NCBI GenBank assembly: GCA_024137785.1
Contig: JAHRHZ010000145.1
Span: 35,729,435-35,793,434 of the forward strand
Direction of reading: 5' to 3'
DNA: 64,000 nt
Source: Ginglymostoma cirratum
Taxonomy: Eukaryota
A program made the position numbers and the translations under genes. This document shows, piece after piece, positions 51,591-64,000 of the stretch. Within the stretch, counting starts at the first letter, position 1, and every line of letters begins with the position of its first letter. The notes under the pieces are model-generated. The model had not been told where the DNA came from. It ran no database searches and worked only from the letters and a program-made list of their open reading frames with translations.

Positions 51591-52708
51591 GTAAGTCATT
51601 TGTGGTAAAACTGTGTTTCATTTTAGCAAGTCACTTTCAACTTGATTGTCCTGAAAGTTTGGGTGGTTTTGCATCTATATTTACTTTAAGTATATCCTGA
51701 ATGATTGCTCACTTCCAGCAGTAACAATGTGTGTCTAGATTTTTATATAGTTTGATTATCAAAAATGTTTACTTTTGTAAAAGCTATTTAAGTATCTATA
51801 GTTCTGGCCATCATCTTCTCGGCTTTAGAAAATCATTGCAGTGTTATACTGACAAAAATCTCTGCTTCATTCATGAGACAGAATGGGTTGAATTTTTCCA
51901 TTTGGTTGTGATTCTGACATTAACTTCAATCCAGGTTGAGGACCCCGGTAGCCCAATAGGTGGGCTATCACTCAGGATCTTCCCAGAGGCAGCCAGTTCA
52001 CCTCTCAGACTCCTGTCCAACTGAATGTAGCAAAAGGGCTATTGAAATGGGGAGCCCAATGGAAGGGTGTGCAACATTGTCTGCCCAGTGGTTCCACTGG
52101 AGGGATGGATACTGTTGAGATGAGCAAGAGACTACAAGGGCTCTCCTTAAAACTGAAGTGCTCCCTGGAAAATTGTCAAATGGTCATAATCTCTCATGGC
52201 TCCACCTATAAGGCCATCAGGGTGATTCACCTCAACAGGATGGCTTACAGCTGACAGGCTGTTTCCAGTTAATCATGGGCTTTGACCTCAGTGGATGCCC
52301 TGGCTGTTTACTGGAACATCACAATGGTGGCATTGCTTCCCTGAATTGATCCCAATATGTATTTAACTCGAAAATTAAGCTAGAAAACAAACATTATCTT
52401 TCTTTTTTTCATCTTTAGAAGAAAAATATTTCATTCTGAATTTGTGCATCGCTTAAGTTATCATAAAGTTACACAATGTAGTGCTAAGACACCCAAGTGA
52501 AATAAGAGTGTCTTGTAATTTATTTAAAAATGGCGAATTATATGAATTCTCCAACACATGCTGCAGACAGTATTAGTGCCTTTATTTTTGTTGCCTTTCC
52601 TACTTTCTTTCAAATAAATTGTGACAATATACCGGTCCTAAGTTGGCGCTGGCTGAAAACCTAATTCCTTAAAAACTGAAAATCCTAACCAAGTTGTTTC
52701 TTTTGTAG

Positions 52709-53272
52709 AACTTACCCCACCAAGCTTCATAACGAGACTGCAATCAGTTACAACCTTTGTGGGTAAGACAGCAAAACTTCAGTGCACAGTGGCAGGATCA
52801 CCCGTGATCCATACCACTTGGCAGAAGAATGGTGTCGATATTATTGATGAAGAGAACTACAAAATATCAGTCAAGGACAACAAGCGTATTTTAGAAATTC
52901 ATGACCTAAAGGTTCAGAACAAAGGAACCTATTCTTGCAAAGTGACCAATGACTGTGGTACTGATATTTGCAGTGCTGACCTAACAATACTTGACAAACC
53001 ACATTTCACTAAGACTCTTGAACCTACTCAGACAATACTTAACTGCGGTACGCATCTTGAATGTCAAGTAGATGAAGACACAGCAGTTAAAATCTCATGG
53101 AAAAAAGATGGTATAGAACTTCATGCTGGCAAAGATTACAAAATTACATTTGAAGATAAGACAGCAGTTTTAGAAATCCCGAAAACCAAACTGAAGGATG
53201 CAGGAAATTATGTATGTATAGCTTCAAATGAAGCTGGAAGCGATTCCTGTTCAGCAGCATTAACAGTAAAAG
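52709..53272 (+). CDS. TTN: Titin exon, Ig I28-I29
   Basis: gtag/gtaagg, 564 nt; TTFVGKTAKLQC...DKPHF...HLECQVDED. Confidence 0.95.
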
Positions 53273-53929
53273 GTAAGGAAAGTTATTGATCGCAAACCTC
53301 TGGTAAGGAAAGATGTCATGGTTGCTTTGTATGAAACTAGTTATGGTTTTTAAAATTTTTCTGGGAGGCAGTGTCTCTTGCTGCAGTTTAAACAAATAAC
53401 ACTATTTCTAATTCATTCTTAATTTTGGTTTGCATATTTTACATTTGTGCAGTCATACTTACTGCATAATACTTCCATTAAAATATCTTGATTAAAGGCT
53501 GTTTTGTAATGCAGCCGATTCTTAGCACCATTTTCTAACTTTTATCATTTATTTGAGAGCAAATATATCTTAAATATCTTATTTTATATTGTGAAATTAG
53601 ACATAATACAATTCTTATTACATGTATTACTTGGTATATCATAGGTATATTTCGATTTTCTTTTAAGTGAAAATATACATGGATGTATTTCAATCACAGC
53701 AGCCTTCTTTTCATTTAATTAAATAGCTGTTTATCTTAGATATTCTGTTTTTCGAAACCATATGACTTTAAACTTGTCTAAAAATAATCTTGATCTGAAT
53801 TAAACATCTCTGTCTTAACATGATGAGAACTGTCAAATGAAAAGAGGACCAGTTAGTAACTAAACATTTGGAATGCAGTCAAGCTAATTATAACATTATT
53901 GTGCAATTAGGATTGGACATCATTTGTTT

Positions 53930-55085
53930 CATTTGGATTTAAGTTCATATGTAACACCAATGTGTTGTAAATAAGATTGATGATTGCAAATGCAGATAAC
54001 CTCATGGACATATGCTGTGAGGCGGTAACAGAGATCTGATTCAAAGAAGGGAAGGACTGGTTATTAAATTCTCCTGGGTACAGGGAGTTCAGAAAAGAAA
54101 GGGAAGGAAGAAGGAATGCAGTATTGATGAAGGAGAGACATTTCAGTGCTGGAATAAGAAGATGTACCAGTGAGACCAAAGACAGAATTTATTTGGCTAG
54201 AGCTAAGGAACTAATGTAAATATGTAATTACATTGTTTGGTGTAGTCTGTAAGTCTTCAACTATTTGGAAAAATGTCAAGAGAAAACAGTGAGTTATCAC
54301 AGGGCCCTTTAATTACCAACTTAAAAACTGAAGGGCAGAGAGGGACAGGAGTTTCAAGAATTGTGTACTTGAAAAATTTCTACAGTAGTTTGTTTCTAGT
54401 CCAAAGTGGGAGGATGCATTGCTCGACCTGCTTCTTGGGAATGAAGGGGGCCAACTGGATCAAATATCAGTAGAGTAATTTATAGGGCCAGTAGTATTCC
54501 ATCATAAAGTGTGGGTTGGCTATGAGAAAGGACAGAAAGCTTGTGTAAGAATAACTAACTGGGGGATGCAACTTCAACATGGCTAAGAATGGATCTGGCC
54601 CAAATAAATTAGAATCAAGGATTAGAGGTTACAAATGTACCTGAACAATGGGCATGAGGAGAAAGCTCATGTATGGGCAAGGTATATTTCATGCAGATGT
54701 AAGGTAGACAAACAAATCCTGAACAAAAACAAAGTTGCTGGAAAAGCTCAGCAGGTCTGGCAGCACCTGTAAAGATAAAAATCAGAGTTAACGTTTCGGG
54801 TCCGGTGACCCTTCTCCAGAACTCACAAATCCAGAACTCCCTGGACAAAGAAAGAGGTAAAGATTAAGATGAAGCAGAGTGCGAAATATAAATATAGAAT
54901 GGACTGCTTGAGAATGGGTTAGATAAAGGTACATTAAAACATTCGAAAGCAAATTAGATCTTTAATTGTAAAGGACAATTTTGCAGGGCTATGAGGAAAA
55001 GGCATGAAGTGAATTGCTTCCTCAGAGAGCTAGCACAGACATAATAGCTCAGATGGTCTGTTGTGCTGTAACCACTCTAGACAAA
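53930..55085 (+). mobile_element. Decayed CR1 fragments with a nested Penelope terminus (54721-54823, -)
   Basis: CR1 endonuclease-region remnants; nested copy reads CTGGAGAAGGGTCACCGGACCCGAAACGTT on the - strand. Confidence 0.6.
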
Positions 55086-55663
55086 TATGTGACACTTACT
55101 GCTCTAAATTAGCTGCAATGACCCTAAATGACCATAAATGGCCTGGGGATGGGAAAACAAGCCTTAAATACAATCTTAGTTTTCCCCAGCGTTGACTTAA
55201 TCAAGAAGGGAATCAGTAAAGTGAACATCTCTCCATCATTCTCACCCATATCCCAAATTCCTGAGGGTTGGAGAAATTAAATTCTGCTCTTAATGTTTCT
55301 TTTATCCTTTGCTTATCTCTGTTGATTTAATTGAATTTTACAGCAGAAAAATTGTATTTTGCAAAAAGAATATCTGGAAGTGAGATGCTAAGTAGTTATT
55401 ATGTGAAGGATTCTGTTGATTACATAGATTTTTAAAACAATGCACATCTAACTCAAAAAATGTTTCAGTTGTCAATTTAATAAATAATATATTGTCTTTA
55501 CCTTTCTTGAAGTAAGTTGAAAAATTAAAGAATTCAACATTTTCTTAATTATCAATAATATCTTAGTTAATATTGATTAATATCTTATGTGTTACATCTT
55601 TCTCTTCATGTAAATGCCTACCCTTTGGCATCACTTAAAATGTTGCTTCAAACCTTCCTTCAG

Positions 55664-55945
55664 AGCCACCATCGTTCCTTAAGAAGCTAGAACCAACATT
55701 GCTGTTGAAACAAGGTGATTCAGCACACTTGAAGTGCCAAGTGAAAGGGTCACCTGAAATCAATTTTACCTGGTACAAGAACAATAAGGTTCTCCATTCT
55801 TCAGAAAAATTCAAGATATCATTTGTTGCTTCTACAACTGTTCTTGAAATTAATAATCTAAATGTAGAAGATAGCGGGGATTATGTGTGTGAAGCACAAA
55901 ATGAAGCTGGTGCTGATACTTGCAGCTCTGTCGTCACAATCAAAG
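55664..55945 (+). CDS. TTN: Titin middle-Ig exon (I30)
   Basis: tcag/gtgtgt, 282 nt. Confidence 0.93.
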
Positions 55946-56068
55946 GTGTGTATGATGTTGAGGTTGGTTTCATATCAGGCAACATCTTTGTTACTTTCTT
56001 CTTCTACCTTTTACAGTCAAAATTATCAGAACTTAATTTTAGCATGAGATTTTTGTGTTCCTTTGTAG

Positions 56069-56347
56069 AGCCTCCCTCTTTTATCAAAGCATTTGAACCT
56101 ACTGAAGTGGTAAAAGGATTTGGTTGCACTCTTGAATGTGAGCTGTCTGGCACAGCTCCATTTGAAGTCCTCTGGCATAAAGACAGAAAGCCAATTCGCA
56201 CCAGCAGGAAGTACAAGATGGTTTCCCAAGATGCTCATGTTTCACTCCATGTTAGCTTCTTCGAGTCCTCAGATGTTGGTGATTATCAGTGCACTGTTTC
56301 AAATGAATTAGGGAAATGTGTCTGTGGTGCAACTGTAAAGTTGAAAG
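56069..56347 (+). CDS. TTN: Titin middle-Ig exon (I31)
   Basis: gtag/gttagt, 279 nt. Confidence 0.93.
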
Positions 56348-56480
56348 GTTAGTAATGCTTTCAAAAAGTGAGAGAACTATGTTCATAATTACAGTCTTAA
56401 ACAGATCTTTAAATATTAACAAAGATCATTTTTTTGGACGAACCGTAAGATGCATATTCTGTATGTTCACCTTAAATTAG

Positions 56481-56759
56481 AACCACCATCATTTGTGAAG
56501 AAGATTGAAAATACTACTGCACTTCTAGGAAGCTCAGCTGTATTTCAGTGCGGCATCAAAGGCTCACCTCCCATCACTTTAACTTGGCTGAAAGATAAAG
56601 ATGTTGTCACAGAGAGTAATAATGTCAAAATGACTTATGAGAATAATATCGGTACTCTTCAAATTGCTGCTGTTGAAATGAACAATGGTGGAAAGTACAC
56701 CTGTATTGCAGAAAATGAAGCAGGAAGTCAAAAATGTTTGGCAACATTAGTTGTAAAAG
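56481..56759 (+). CDS. TTN: Titin middle-Ig exon (I32)
   Basis: ttag/gttagt, 279 nt. Confidence 0.93.
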
Positions 56760-56867
56760 GTTAGTTTGAGAATATGTTGGCACATTGCATGCAATATTCT
56801 TATTTTATATCACAATGATGAGCTATGAGTTTTGTTAATGGTAACCAACCATTTCATTTTGCCACAG

Positions 56868-57146
56868 AGCCTGCAAATATCCTAGAGAAAGCAGAGCCAA
56901 TTAGTGTGACTGCAGGGGACCCAGCAACTTTGGAATTCACAGTAGCTGGTACACCGGAACTAAAAATTAAATGGTTCAGGAATGGCAAAGAACTGATATC
57001 CAGTAGAAAATATAAAATGACCTTTTCAAAAAACGTCGCCAGTCTAAGGATTATTTCTGCAGAAAGTGAGGATAGTGGTGAATACTCCTTTGAGGTCAAA
57101 AATGATGTGGGCAGTTGCAGTTGCAAAACATTTATTAATGTACTGG
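56868..57146 (+). CDS. TTN: Titin middle-Ig exon (I33)
   Basis: acag/gttagt, 279 nt; VTAGDPATLEFTVAGTPELK. Confidence 0.93.
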
Positions 57147-57249
57147 GTTAGTATGTCTAATTTTATTCTCCCCTTGCTCATTGTAATGCTAAGGTTAGTT
57201 TTAATTTTATTTTGGTAACCTTATTGATTTATTGTTCTGTCTTGGACAG

Positions 57250-57537
57250 ATCGTATGATTGCACCCTCCTTCACTAAAAAGTTACGAAAGATGACCAGCA
57301 TCTTGGGTGCTACTTTTCACATGGAATGCAAATTTTCTGGTTCTATGCCAGTCAGCGTTTATTGGTATAAAGATGACAAAGAGTTAACAGCCAGTGATAA
57401 ATACAGAATACTTTGTCAAGACAACACAGCTACTTTGACAGTTGATCAGTTAGAGATTGCAGATGGTGGAACTTACTACTGCAAAGTTACTAATCCAGCA
57501 GGAAGTGATGAATGCAGTGGAGTCTTAAGTATAAAAG
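57250..57537 (+). CDS. TTN: Titin middle-Ig exon (I34)
   Basis: acag/gtttga, 288 nt. Confidence 0.93.
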
Positions 57538-58332
57538 GTTTGAACAAATACTTGAATTTTACCTCTGCACGATATTTTGTCTCTTGCTATTTCAATTTGC
57601 ATTCAAGGTGCATTCTTCATTGATAATTGGTTCAAGTTTGGCCAACTTTTTTGTTGCATATGTTTGAAATTTAATCTGATGATTTGATGTGTAATTGTAA
57701 GAAGTGCTCAAGTATTAACTTACACACGTCGGCATTTCTAAGATTTTTGGGGCATCTTCTTTTGCTGTCTTTCTCTCTTGAAGTTGTTGGTTTCTTATCA
57801 AAATATAATTTTTGTATTTTGTCCAAATGCCCATTATTTATGTATAAAGCTCAGCAGAGAATGTTGTTGGGATGCTCACTACAGGAATTGTTATTATAGA
57901 GCCACACCTTTTCTTTGCTAAATTCCCATGCACACACATTTATACCATGAGGTTGTGGACAAGAACGTTATGTAATTTTGCCTTGCTAATGATGATGCTC
58001 AGATCGATGGTAATTAAATAATGGTTACTATGGCTATGAACTGCTAATTCAACACAAATTGGGAATTGAACCTTTTTTGTTTCTGGTCTCTACTTATTTA
58101 CTGAGCAATCATGGGAGCCCATTCAATGTCTGAGACTTAATTGCTGGAATGCTTTGAGTTTGCTGATCTCAATTTAGTTACCAGCAGACTGTTAGGACCC
58201 TAGCATTATACGCCAACTTTAGTCAATGCAAATTGAAATGGAAGAAAGAAATGGTGTGAATGTTTACTTGTTCTATACTTATATTCATTCATGATGCATA
58301 ATTCTTATGCTTTATGTCTGAATGTCTTTTAG

Positions 58333-58611
58333 AGCCTCCGAGCTTTATTATGAAGCCTGCATCTGAGTGTGTTCTGCCAGGTTCAACTGTGAAATTTAAG
58401 ACTGTGGTGAATGGAACGCCTCCAATGTCAATGAAGTGGTTCAAGGATAACACAGAACTTGTGACTGGTGGCACCTGTTTTATAATGAAGGATATTTCTA
58501 CAACTTGTCTTGAGATTTTTTCAGCTAAACCTTCTGACAAGGGCGATTACATTTGTGAAATTAGTAATGATGCTGGAGTCATTTCCTGTAGCACAAACCT
58601 TTTTGTAAAAG
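58333..58611 (+). CDS. TTN: Titin middle-Ig exon (I35)
   Basis: ttag/gtgata, 279 nt. Confidence 0.93.
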
Positions 58612-58826
58612 GTGATACTTTTTTATATATGGTCTGTTCAGTTACATTCAGCATGCTTAACACTTTCTCTGTTATTTCTATTAAAATATCAGTAGAGAAT
58701 AACTTTTCTTAATACCATGAATTGAAGATATCTTAACTGTGAAGTGCCATGCATTGACTTTATCTTTTGATCTTCATTTATGAATCTCTTATAAATTCAA
58801 TCTTTATGACATCTTGACTTTTGTAG

Positions 58827-59108
58827 AACCACCAGTGTTTTTACGGAAACCAGAGCCATCAAAGTTACTGAAAAGTGGTGATTCAGCTCGGCTTGAATGT
58901 GAAGTGACCGGCACACCTGAAATTAAAATTACCTGGTTTAGGGAAGACAAGCAAATTCACCCGAGTGAGAAGTATAGAATGTCATTTGTTGACTCTGTGG
59001 CCATTCTTGAAATTCTTGAAAGTGATGTGGAAGACAGTGGAGAATACAGTTGTGAAGCTAAGAATGAAGTTGCTAGTGAGAGTTGCAGTGTTTCTGTAAC
59101 AATTAAAG
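58827..59108 (+). CDS. TTN: Titin middle-Ig exon (I36)
   Basis: gtag/gtccgt, 282 nt. Confidence 0.93.
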
Positions 59109-59242
59109 GTCCGTGAAGATTTCAAGCTTCCACTTTTACAAACCTAGGCTGCATGTACAAGAAATTTCTGACATTTCAAGTTTTGCATCTAAAGTATAGA
59201 ATTATATTTTATAGATTGAATTTATTATCCATTCTCTTGTAG

Positions 59243-59521
59243 AACCACCGTCTTTCAGAAAAGAACTTGAATCTCTTAAGGTGCTCAAAACCTCTGATAT
59301 TATTCTTGAGTGTGAAGTGGCTGGTACACCTCCGTATGATGTTTATTGGTATAAGGACAATAAACCAATTAGGCCTAGCAAAAAGTACAAGGCGGTCTGT
59401 CAAAACTCACTAGTTAGTTTACAAGTCCTTAAATTTGATGCCATAGACGTTGGTGAATATCAATGCAAGGTATCTAACGAAGTGGGAGAGTGTTGCTGCA
59501 GTTCTACAGTTACTTTGAAAG
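59243..59521 (+). CDS. TTN: Titin middle-Ig exon (I37)
   Basis: gtag/gtcagt, 279 nt. Confidence 0.93.
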
Positions 59522-59655
59522 GTCAGTAAAGACAGAGCAAATGTTTCTTTTCCATCAAATTACATGACGCTTTCTTTTTCTGACTAATTTTCAGATGATT
59601 CTGCAGTGATTAGTCAGTGAAATCCAATGTTTATAATATTTCATTTCCCAAACAG

Positions 59656-59934
59656 AACCTCCATCATTTGTTAAGAAGATTGAAAATGTTACTGTGCTTT
59701 TGGGAACTCCTGCTGTGTTTCAATGCACCGTGAAAGGTGCAAGCCCAATTTCTATAACCTGGCAAAAAGATAAAGATGATGTCACAGAAAATGATAACTT
59801 TAAATTATCCTTTGAGAACGATATAGCTACGCTGCACATTGCTTCTGTTGAAAATACTCACGCTGGGAAGATCATTTGCCAGGCAAAGAATGATGCAGGA
59901 GTCACAAAATGTATGGCGAATTTGATAGTGAAAG
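59656..59934 (+). CDS. TTN: Titin middle-Ig exon (I38)
   Basis: acag/gttagt, 279 nt. Confidence 0.93.
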
Positions 59935-60169
59935 GTTAGTTTTAAAAATGTCTTAAAACTTAAATTATTTTTAAAACTTAATTTATTTGTTTTCATTTAT
60001 TTTAACTTAATTAATGCCATTTTAAAGCAGCTGAATCAAGTTATGCACACTACATGCTGAAATATTCAGATCATGGACTTAAAAATTTAGGGTTCAGAAA
60101 AAATTGGAATTATAACAGCAAATTTGTTGCATCTGCCATTATTACTGTCTTTAAAACCCAGCTTACGAA

Positions 60170-61810
60170 TGTACAAATATACAAAATAGGAACAGCCGTA
60201 TACGATTTGGCTCCTCAAGCCTGCTCTGCCATTCAATAAGATCAAAGACAAACTGTTTGTCTTTCAAATTCCAGATTCCCTTCTATCTTCAATAACATTT
60301 GATTCCAATTCTGTTGCCTTGCCAGAATTTATCCACTTCTGTCTGAAAATATTCACTGACCACACCCCCCACCCCCCAACCTCCACAGCCCCATAAGATG
60401 CTCCGTTTCAAAGTCACACAACCGCCTGAAAGAAAAGAATGGTCCTAAGTATTAGTCCTCTGAACCACCTCCAATGCATTTTCAACTTTCCTTAAATAAC
60501 AAGACCAAAACGTTACACAGTATTTGAGATGTGGTCTCACCAATGCTCTGTATAACCGAAGCATCAGTACAGTACTTTTATGTTCAGTTCCTCTTGTAAT
60601 AGACCAAAGTATCCCATTGGCCTCCTTGATTACTTTCTGAATACTAAATTTTTGTGACTCATGTACCAGTGTTGCTGAATGCCTCTACATCTCGGAATTT
60701 TGTAGTCATTCTCTGTTCGAGTAAAATTCTACTTTTTTTTACTCTCCCAATTTCACATTATACACTGTCTGCCAAATATCTTTTCATTCTCTCAACCTGC
60801 CTATTGCCTATCTGCCACTTGCTTACATCATCCTAATGACCAGCATTCCTATTAATTTTCTTTTCTTCTGTGTGGACCTCAGGGGTCTTGAATGGAAGCA
60901 TCTGACAGAACTGGGCTTCAGTGCTGTAAATGGCATCGATAAATGTGTACAGTCCCATGGAGCTTAGAAGGAGCATTGCTTATGACCTCCCTACCTACTT
61001 TGGTGTCAGTTACAAATTTAGTCAGCCTTTGCTCCCCTCGTCTATGTCATTGATGCAAATTCTTAAAGAGTTGAGACTCCAGTACAGATTTCTTTAGGAC
61101 TCCATCATCACATCCTGCCAATCATACAAAGACCTGGATTCTAGCATTTTCCCCATTGGCACTATTTCTTTGTCCATCCTTAAGTGAATTTGGCTACTGA
61201 GACAGACTAAGATGTCCCAAATGCCCTGCTGACATTACTACACAATTTTAATTTGCATTTCTCACATTTGTGTGACAAAAGTAATATGGTCTGAAGGGTA
61301 CAGTCATACAGCACAGAAACAGACCCTTCAGTCCAACTCAGGCATGCCAACCAGGTTTCCTAAACTGAACTGGTCCCATTTGCAAGTGTTTGGCCCATAT
61401 CCTTCTAAACCTTTCCTTATCTGTGTACCTGTCCAAATGCCTTTTTAAATGTTGTAATTGTACCCACCTCTACCACTTCCTTTGGCAGCTTGTTCCATAT
61501 ATGCTGCACCCTCTGTGTGAACAAAATTATCCTCAGGTCCCTTTCAAGTCTTTCCCATCTCATCTTAAAACTGTGCCCTCCAGTTTCCTACCCAGGGAAA
61601 AAAAATTCCTTGGCTATTCACCTTATCTATGCCCCTCATGATTTTCTAAACCTCCATAAGGTCACCCTTCAACCTCCTACTCACCAGGGAAAAAAGTCCC
61701 AGCCTATCCAGCCTCTGCTTAATCAAACCTTCCAGTCTGCGTATCAGAGTTGTAAATCTTTTTTGCACCCTATCCAGTTTAATAACACCCTTCCTAAAAC
61801 AAGGTGACAC
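60170..61810 (-). mobile_element. CR1 3' fragments (at least two)
   Basis: KLDRVQKRFTTLI...RLDRLGLFSLVSRRLKGDLMEV on the - strand; CR1-type 3' ends near 60175 and 61300. Confidence 0.75.
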
Positions 61811-62016
61811 CAGGATGTGTAAAAAGGAACACATTTGCTCCAAGTTTGTCACTCCAGCAATTTCAGGACCATTCTCCATAGAAAAGAGAAAATTGAAGAG
61901 GAATGTTATGCAAGAGTATTTGAAATCATGAGAATAACTAAGCAAATTAACATGGAATTGAAAATGTTGCTGTAGAAGTGGGTCCAAAAGAAAACATAGC
62001 TGAAGGAATTTAGACC

Positions 62017-62205
62017 AACAAAAGTGCTGGAGAAACTCCACAATCTGGCAGCATCTGTGGAGAGAAAAACTGAGTTAACATTTCAAGTCGAACATGACAC
62101 TTCTTTGGAACTGTTCTCTCCACAGATGCTGCCAGGCATGCTGAGTTTCTGTAGTATTTTCTGTGTTTGTTTCAGATTTCCAGCATCCATATTATTTTGC
62201 TTTTA
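62017..62205. mobile_element. Degenerate palindromic Penelope-terminus fragment
   Basis: ctggcagcatctgtggagaga ... tctctccacagatgctgccag inverted pair. Confidence 0.6.
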
Positions 62206-62500
62206 TTCAAATGAACTTAGATACCTAGATAAAATGAAAAATTACAATTAATGCATTTTTAGGTTTAACGTGAAATGAGATTAGTGTGAAATTGAACAGT
62301 TGTGCACCTGGAATTTTCCAGGACTTGAAAATGGTATTTATAAATGGTATAGTTTTTGGAAGGCACGCTGTGCAATTATATGTACATTTGTGTGGTAGAT
62401 TCAATAGCTTGGCATAGGGAAAGAAAATTACAAGAGCCAAAATGGCCTATTCTTATTATTTATTTCCTTCTTCTATTCTAACATTCTTTTTCTTTCACAG

Positions 62501-62779
62501 AACCTGCAAATATTATTGAGAAAGCAGAATCTATTAGTGTAACTGTAGGAGAGCCAGCAACATTGGACTGCAGTTTTACAGGAACACCAGAAATTAAAGC
62601 AAGATGGTTTAAGGATGGCACAGAGCTGGTGACTGGTAGAAGATATAAAATCAGTGTTACTAATAAAGTGACAAGTTTAAAGATCCGGACTACTGAGAAG
62701 GAGGATAGCGGTGAATATACTTGTGAGGTTGCGAATGATGTTGGAAGCAACAGTTGCAAAGCTTCTATTACAATATTGG
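62501..62779 (+). CDS. TTN: Titin middle-Ig exon (I39)
   Basis: acag/gttggt, 279 nt. Confidence 0.93.
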
Positions 62780-62890
62780 GTTGGTACCCTTGTTCTTCCA
62801 TTTTATTGCATTTACTGCAATACTAAAAAATAAAATGTAAATATCTTGCACAAGATTATAGCTTTTTCTTTCCCACTATGTGTTGGACAG

Positions 62891-63178
62891 ATCGCATAGT
62901 TCCACCATCATTCAAAAGAAACTTGAAAAATATGGATGGCATGAAAACATCTTTTGTTAAGATGGAATGCAAAATTGCTGGCTCTCTTCCAATGAGTGTG
63001 TTATGGTATAAGGATAACCAAGAGATAATCGCTAACCAAAAATACAAACTCTCTTATCATGATAATACCGCACAGTTGGAGATTCATCAATTAGAGATGG
63101 CAGATGGTGGAACTTACGTTTGCAGAGCAACAAATGCGGCAGGAACTGATCAAAGTAGTGGTGTCTTGACAGTGAAAG
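62891..63178 (+). CDS. TTN: Titin middle-Ig exon (I40)
   Basis: acag/gttgga, 288 nt. Confidence 0.93.
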
Positions 63179-63424
63179 GTTGGAAATGTTATCTTAAATA
63201 TCTTAATTGTTATGCTAATTAACCAGTTAACCTAGTTTTATTTAGCCATCACAAGCATTAATTTTATCCAACTTAGTTTGTTATATTGACAAACATTCTG
63301 AGAATATAATGAGTTATACTTAGAGTTATTGATGGACTCTTGTCTTGCCATATCTTTTCAAAGATGCTTCTTCTCCTTTTATTTTCTTGCCATAACAACT
63401 GCAGTTTTCCTCTGGTAATTTCAG

Positions 63425-63703
63425 AGCCTCCATCTTTCACTGTGAAACCATTGTCCCAGGATGTTGTGCCTGGTTCCAAAGTACAATTTAGAAGTGTTAT
63501 GAGTGGAACACCTCCAATGACAATAAAATGGTTCAAGGACAGTAAGGAGTTGACATCAAGTAATTTATATTACATTTCAAAAGAAGGCTCATCAAGTTTG
63601 CTACAAATACATTCAGCAAAAGTATCTGATACTGGTGACTATACTTGTCAAGTCAGAAATGAAGTTGGCACAGAATCATGTTCTGCTACTCTTTTTGTCA
63701 AAG
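63425..63703 (+). CDS. TTN: Titin middle-Ig exon (I41)
   Basis: tcag/gtgggg, 279 nt. Confidence 0.93.
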
Positions 63704-64000
63704 GTGGGGATTTTCTTGATAGCATTTCTATGAGACATTGTATACTGAGCCTTATTTTACAGTATGTCTTTCTTTGATGGCTTATGCACTCTCCTAGCTT
63801 CATTTTTGTAAATTCATCTTTATATTAATTGTTTCATTATTTTTCCCCATTGACAATCTGAATATTCTTTCAACACTTTTACTACTACGTTCATCTTATT
63901 TCTCTTAATGCAATTAGAAATGGAATGTTGTTGTTTCCAAAGTTCTATTTTATGGTCATGATGTGAGAGTTGGCTACAATAATTTATTTTAATTGGGAAT

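Larger units (their letters stand above)
1350..63703 (+). other. TTN: Titin gene, partial (I-band: proximal Ig, novex, N2B and middle Ig regions); the gene continues beyond both window ends
   Basis: Chain of GT-AG exons, mostly phase 1, whose spliced translation follows the human titin I-band sequence as I recall it (e.g. HITKTMKNVEVPETK, PEVVSP, DLKVTWYSK, EFSSS of N2B). Confidence 0.99.

Overview
Vertebrate genomic DNA, AT-rich, most likely from a shark or other elasmobranch (inferred from the repeat families: CR1 LINEs, a Deu-type tRNA SINE and Penelope-like termini). The whole window lies inside one + strand gene, titin (TTN), and covers the I-band region. I traced 36 GT-AG, frame-consistent exons by hand: 15 proximal tandem-Ig exons (equivalent to human exons 30-44, Ig I3-I15), five intact novex-region exons, the N2B exon, and 14 exons of the differentially spliced middle-Ig region (I27-I41, including two six-exon super-repeats), plus the two-part count for novex-3 noted below. 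Human exon and domain numbers come from my recall of the human protein, not from an alignment. The novex/N2B cassette is organised differently from human: novex-1 is a decayed pseudo-exon; novex-2 has two Ig domains; an extra linker+Ig exon precedes the exon-47 homolog; novex-3 is split by a 110-nt intron and carries 24 copies of a 16-aa repeat inserted into a ~100-aa super-repeat; and the N2B unique sequence is ~920 aa with a ~74-aa period. Introns contain CR1/L2 fragments, SINEs, a fossil PIF/Harbinger transposon, a palindromic Penelope insertion and several Penelope-type minimal hammerhead ribozyme motifs. There is one 400-N assembly gap.
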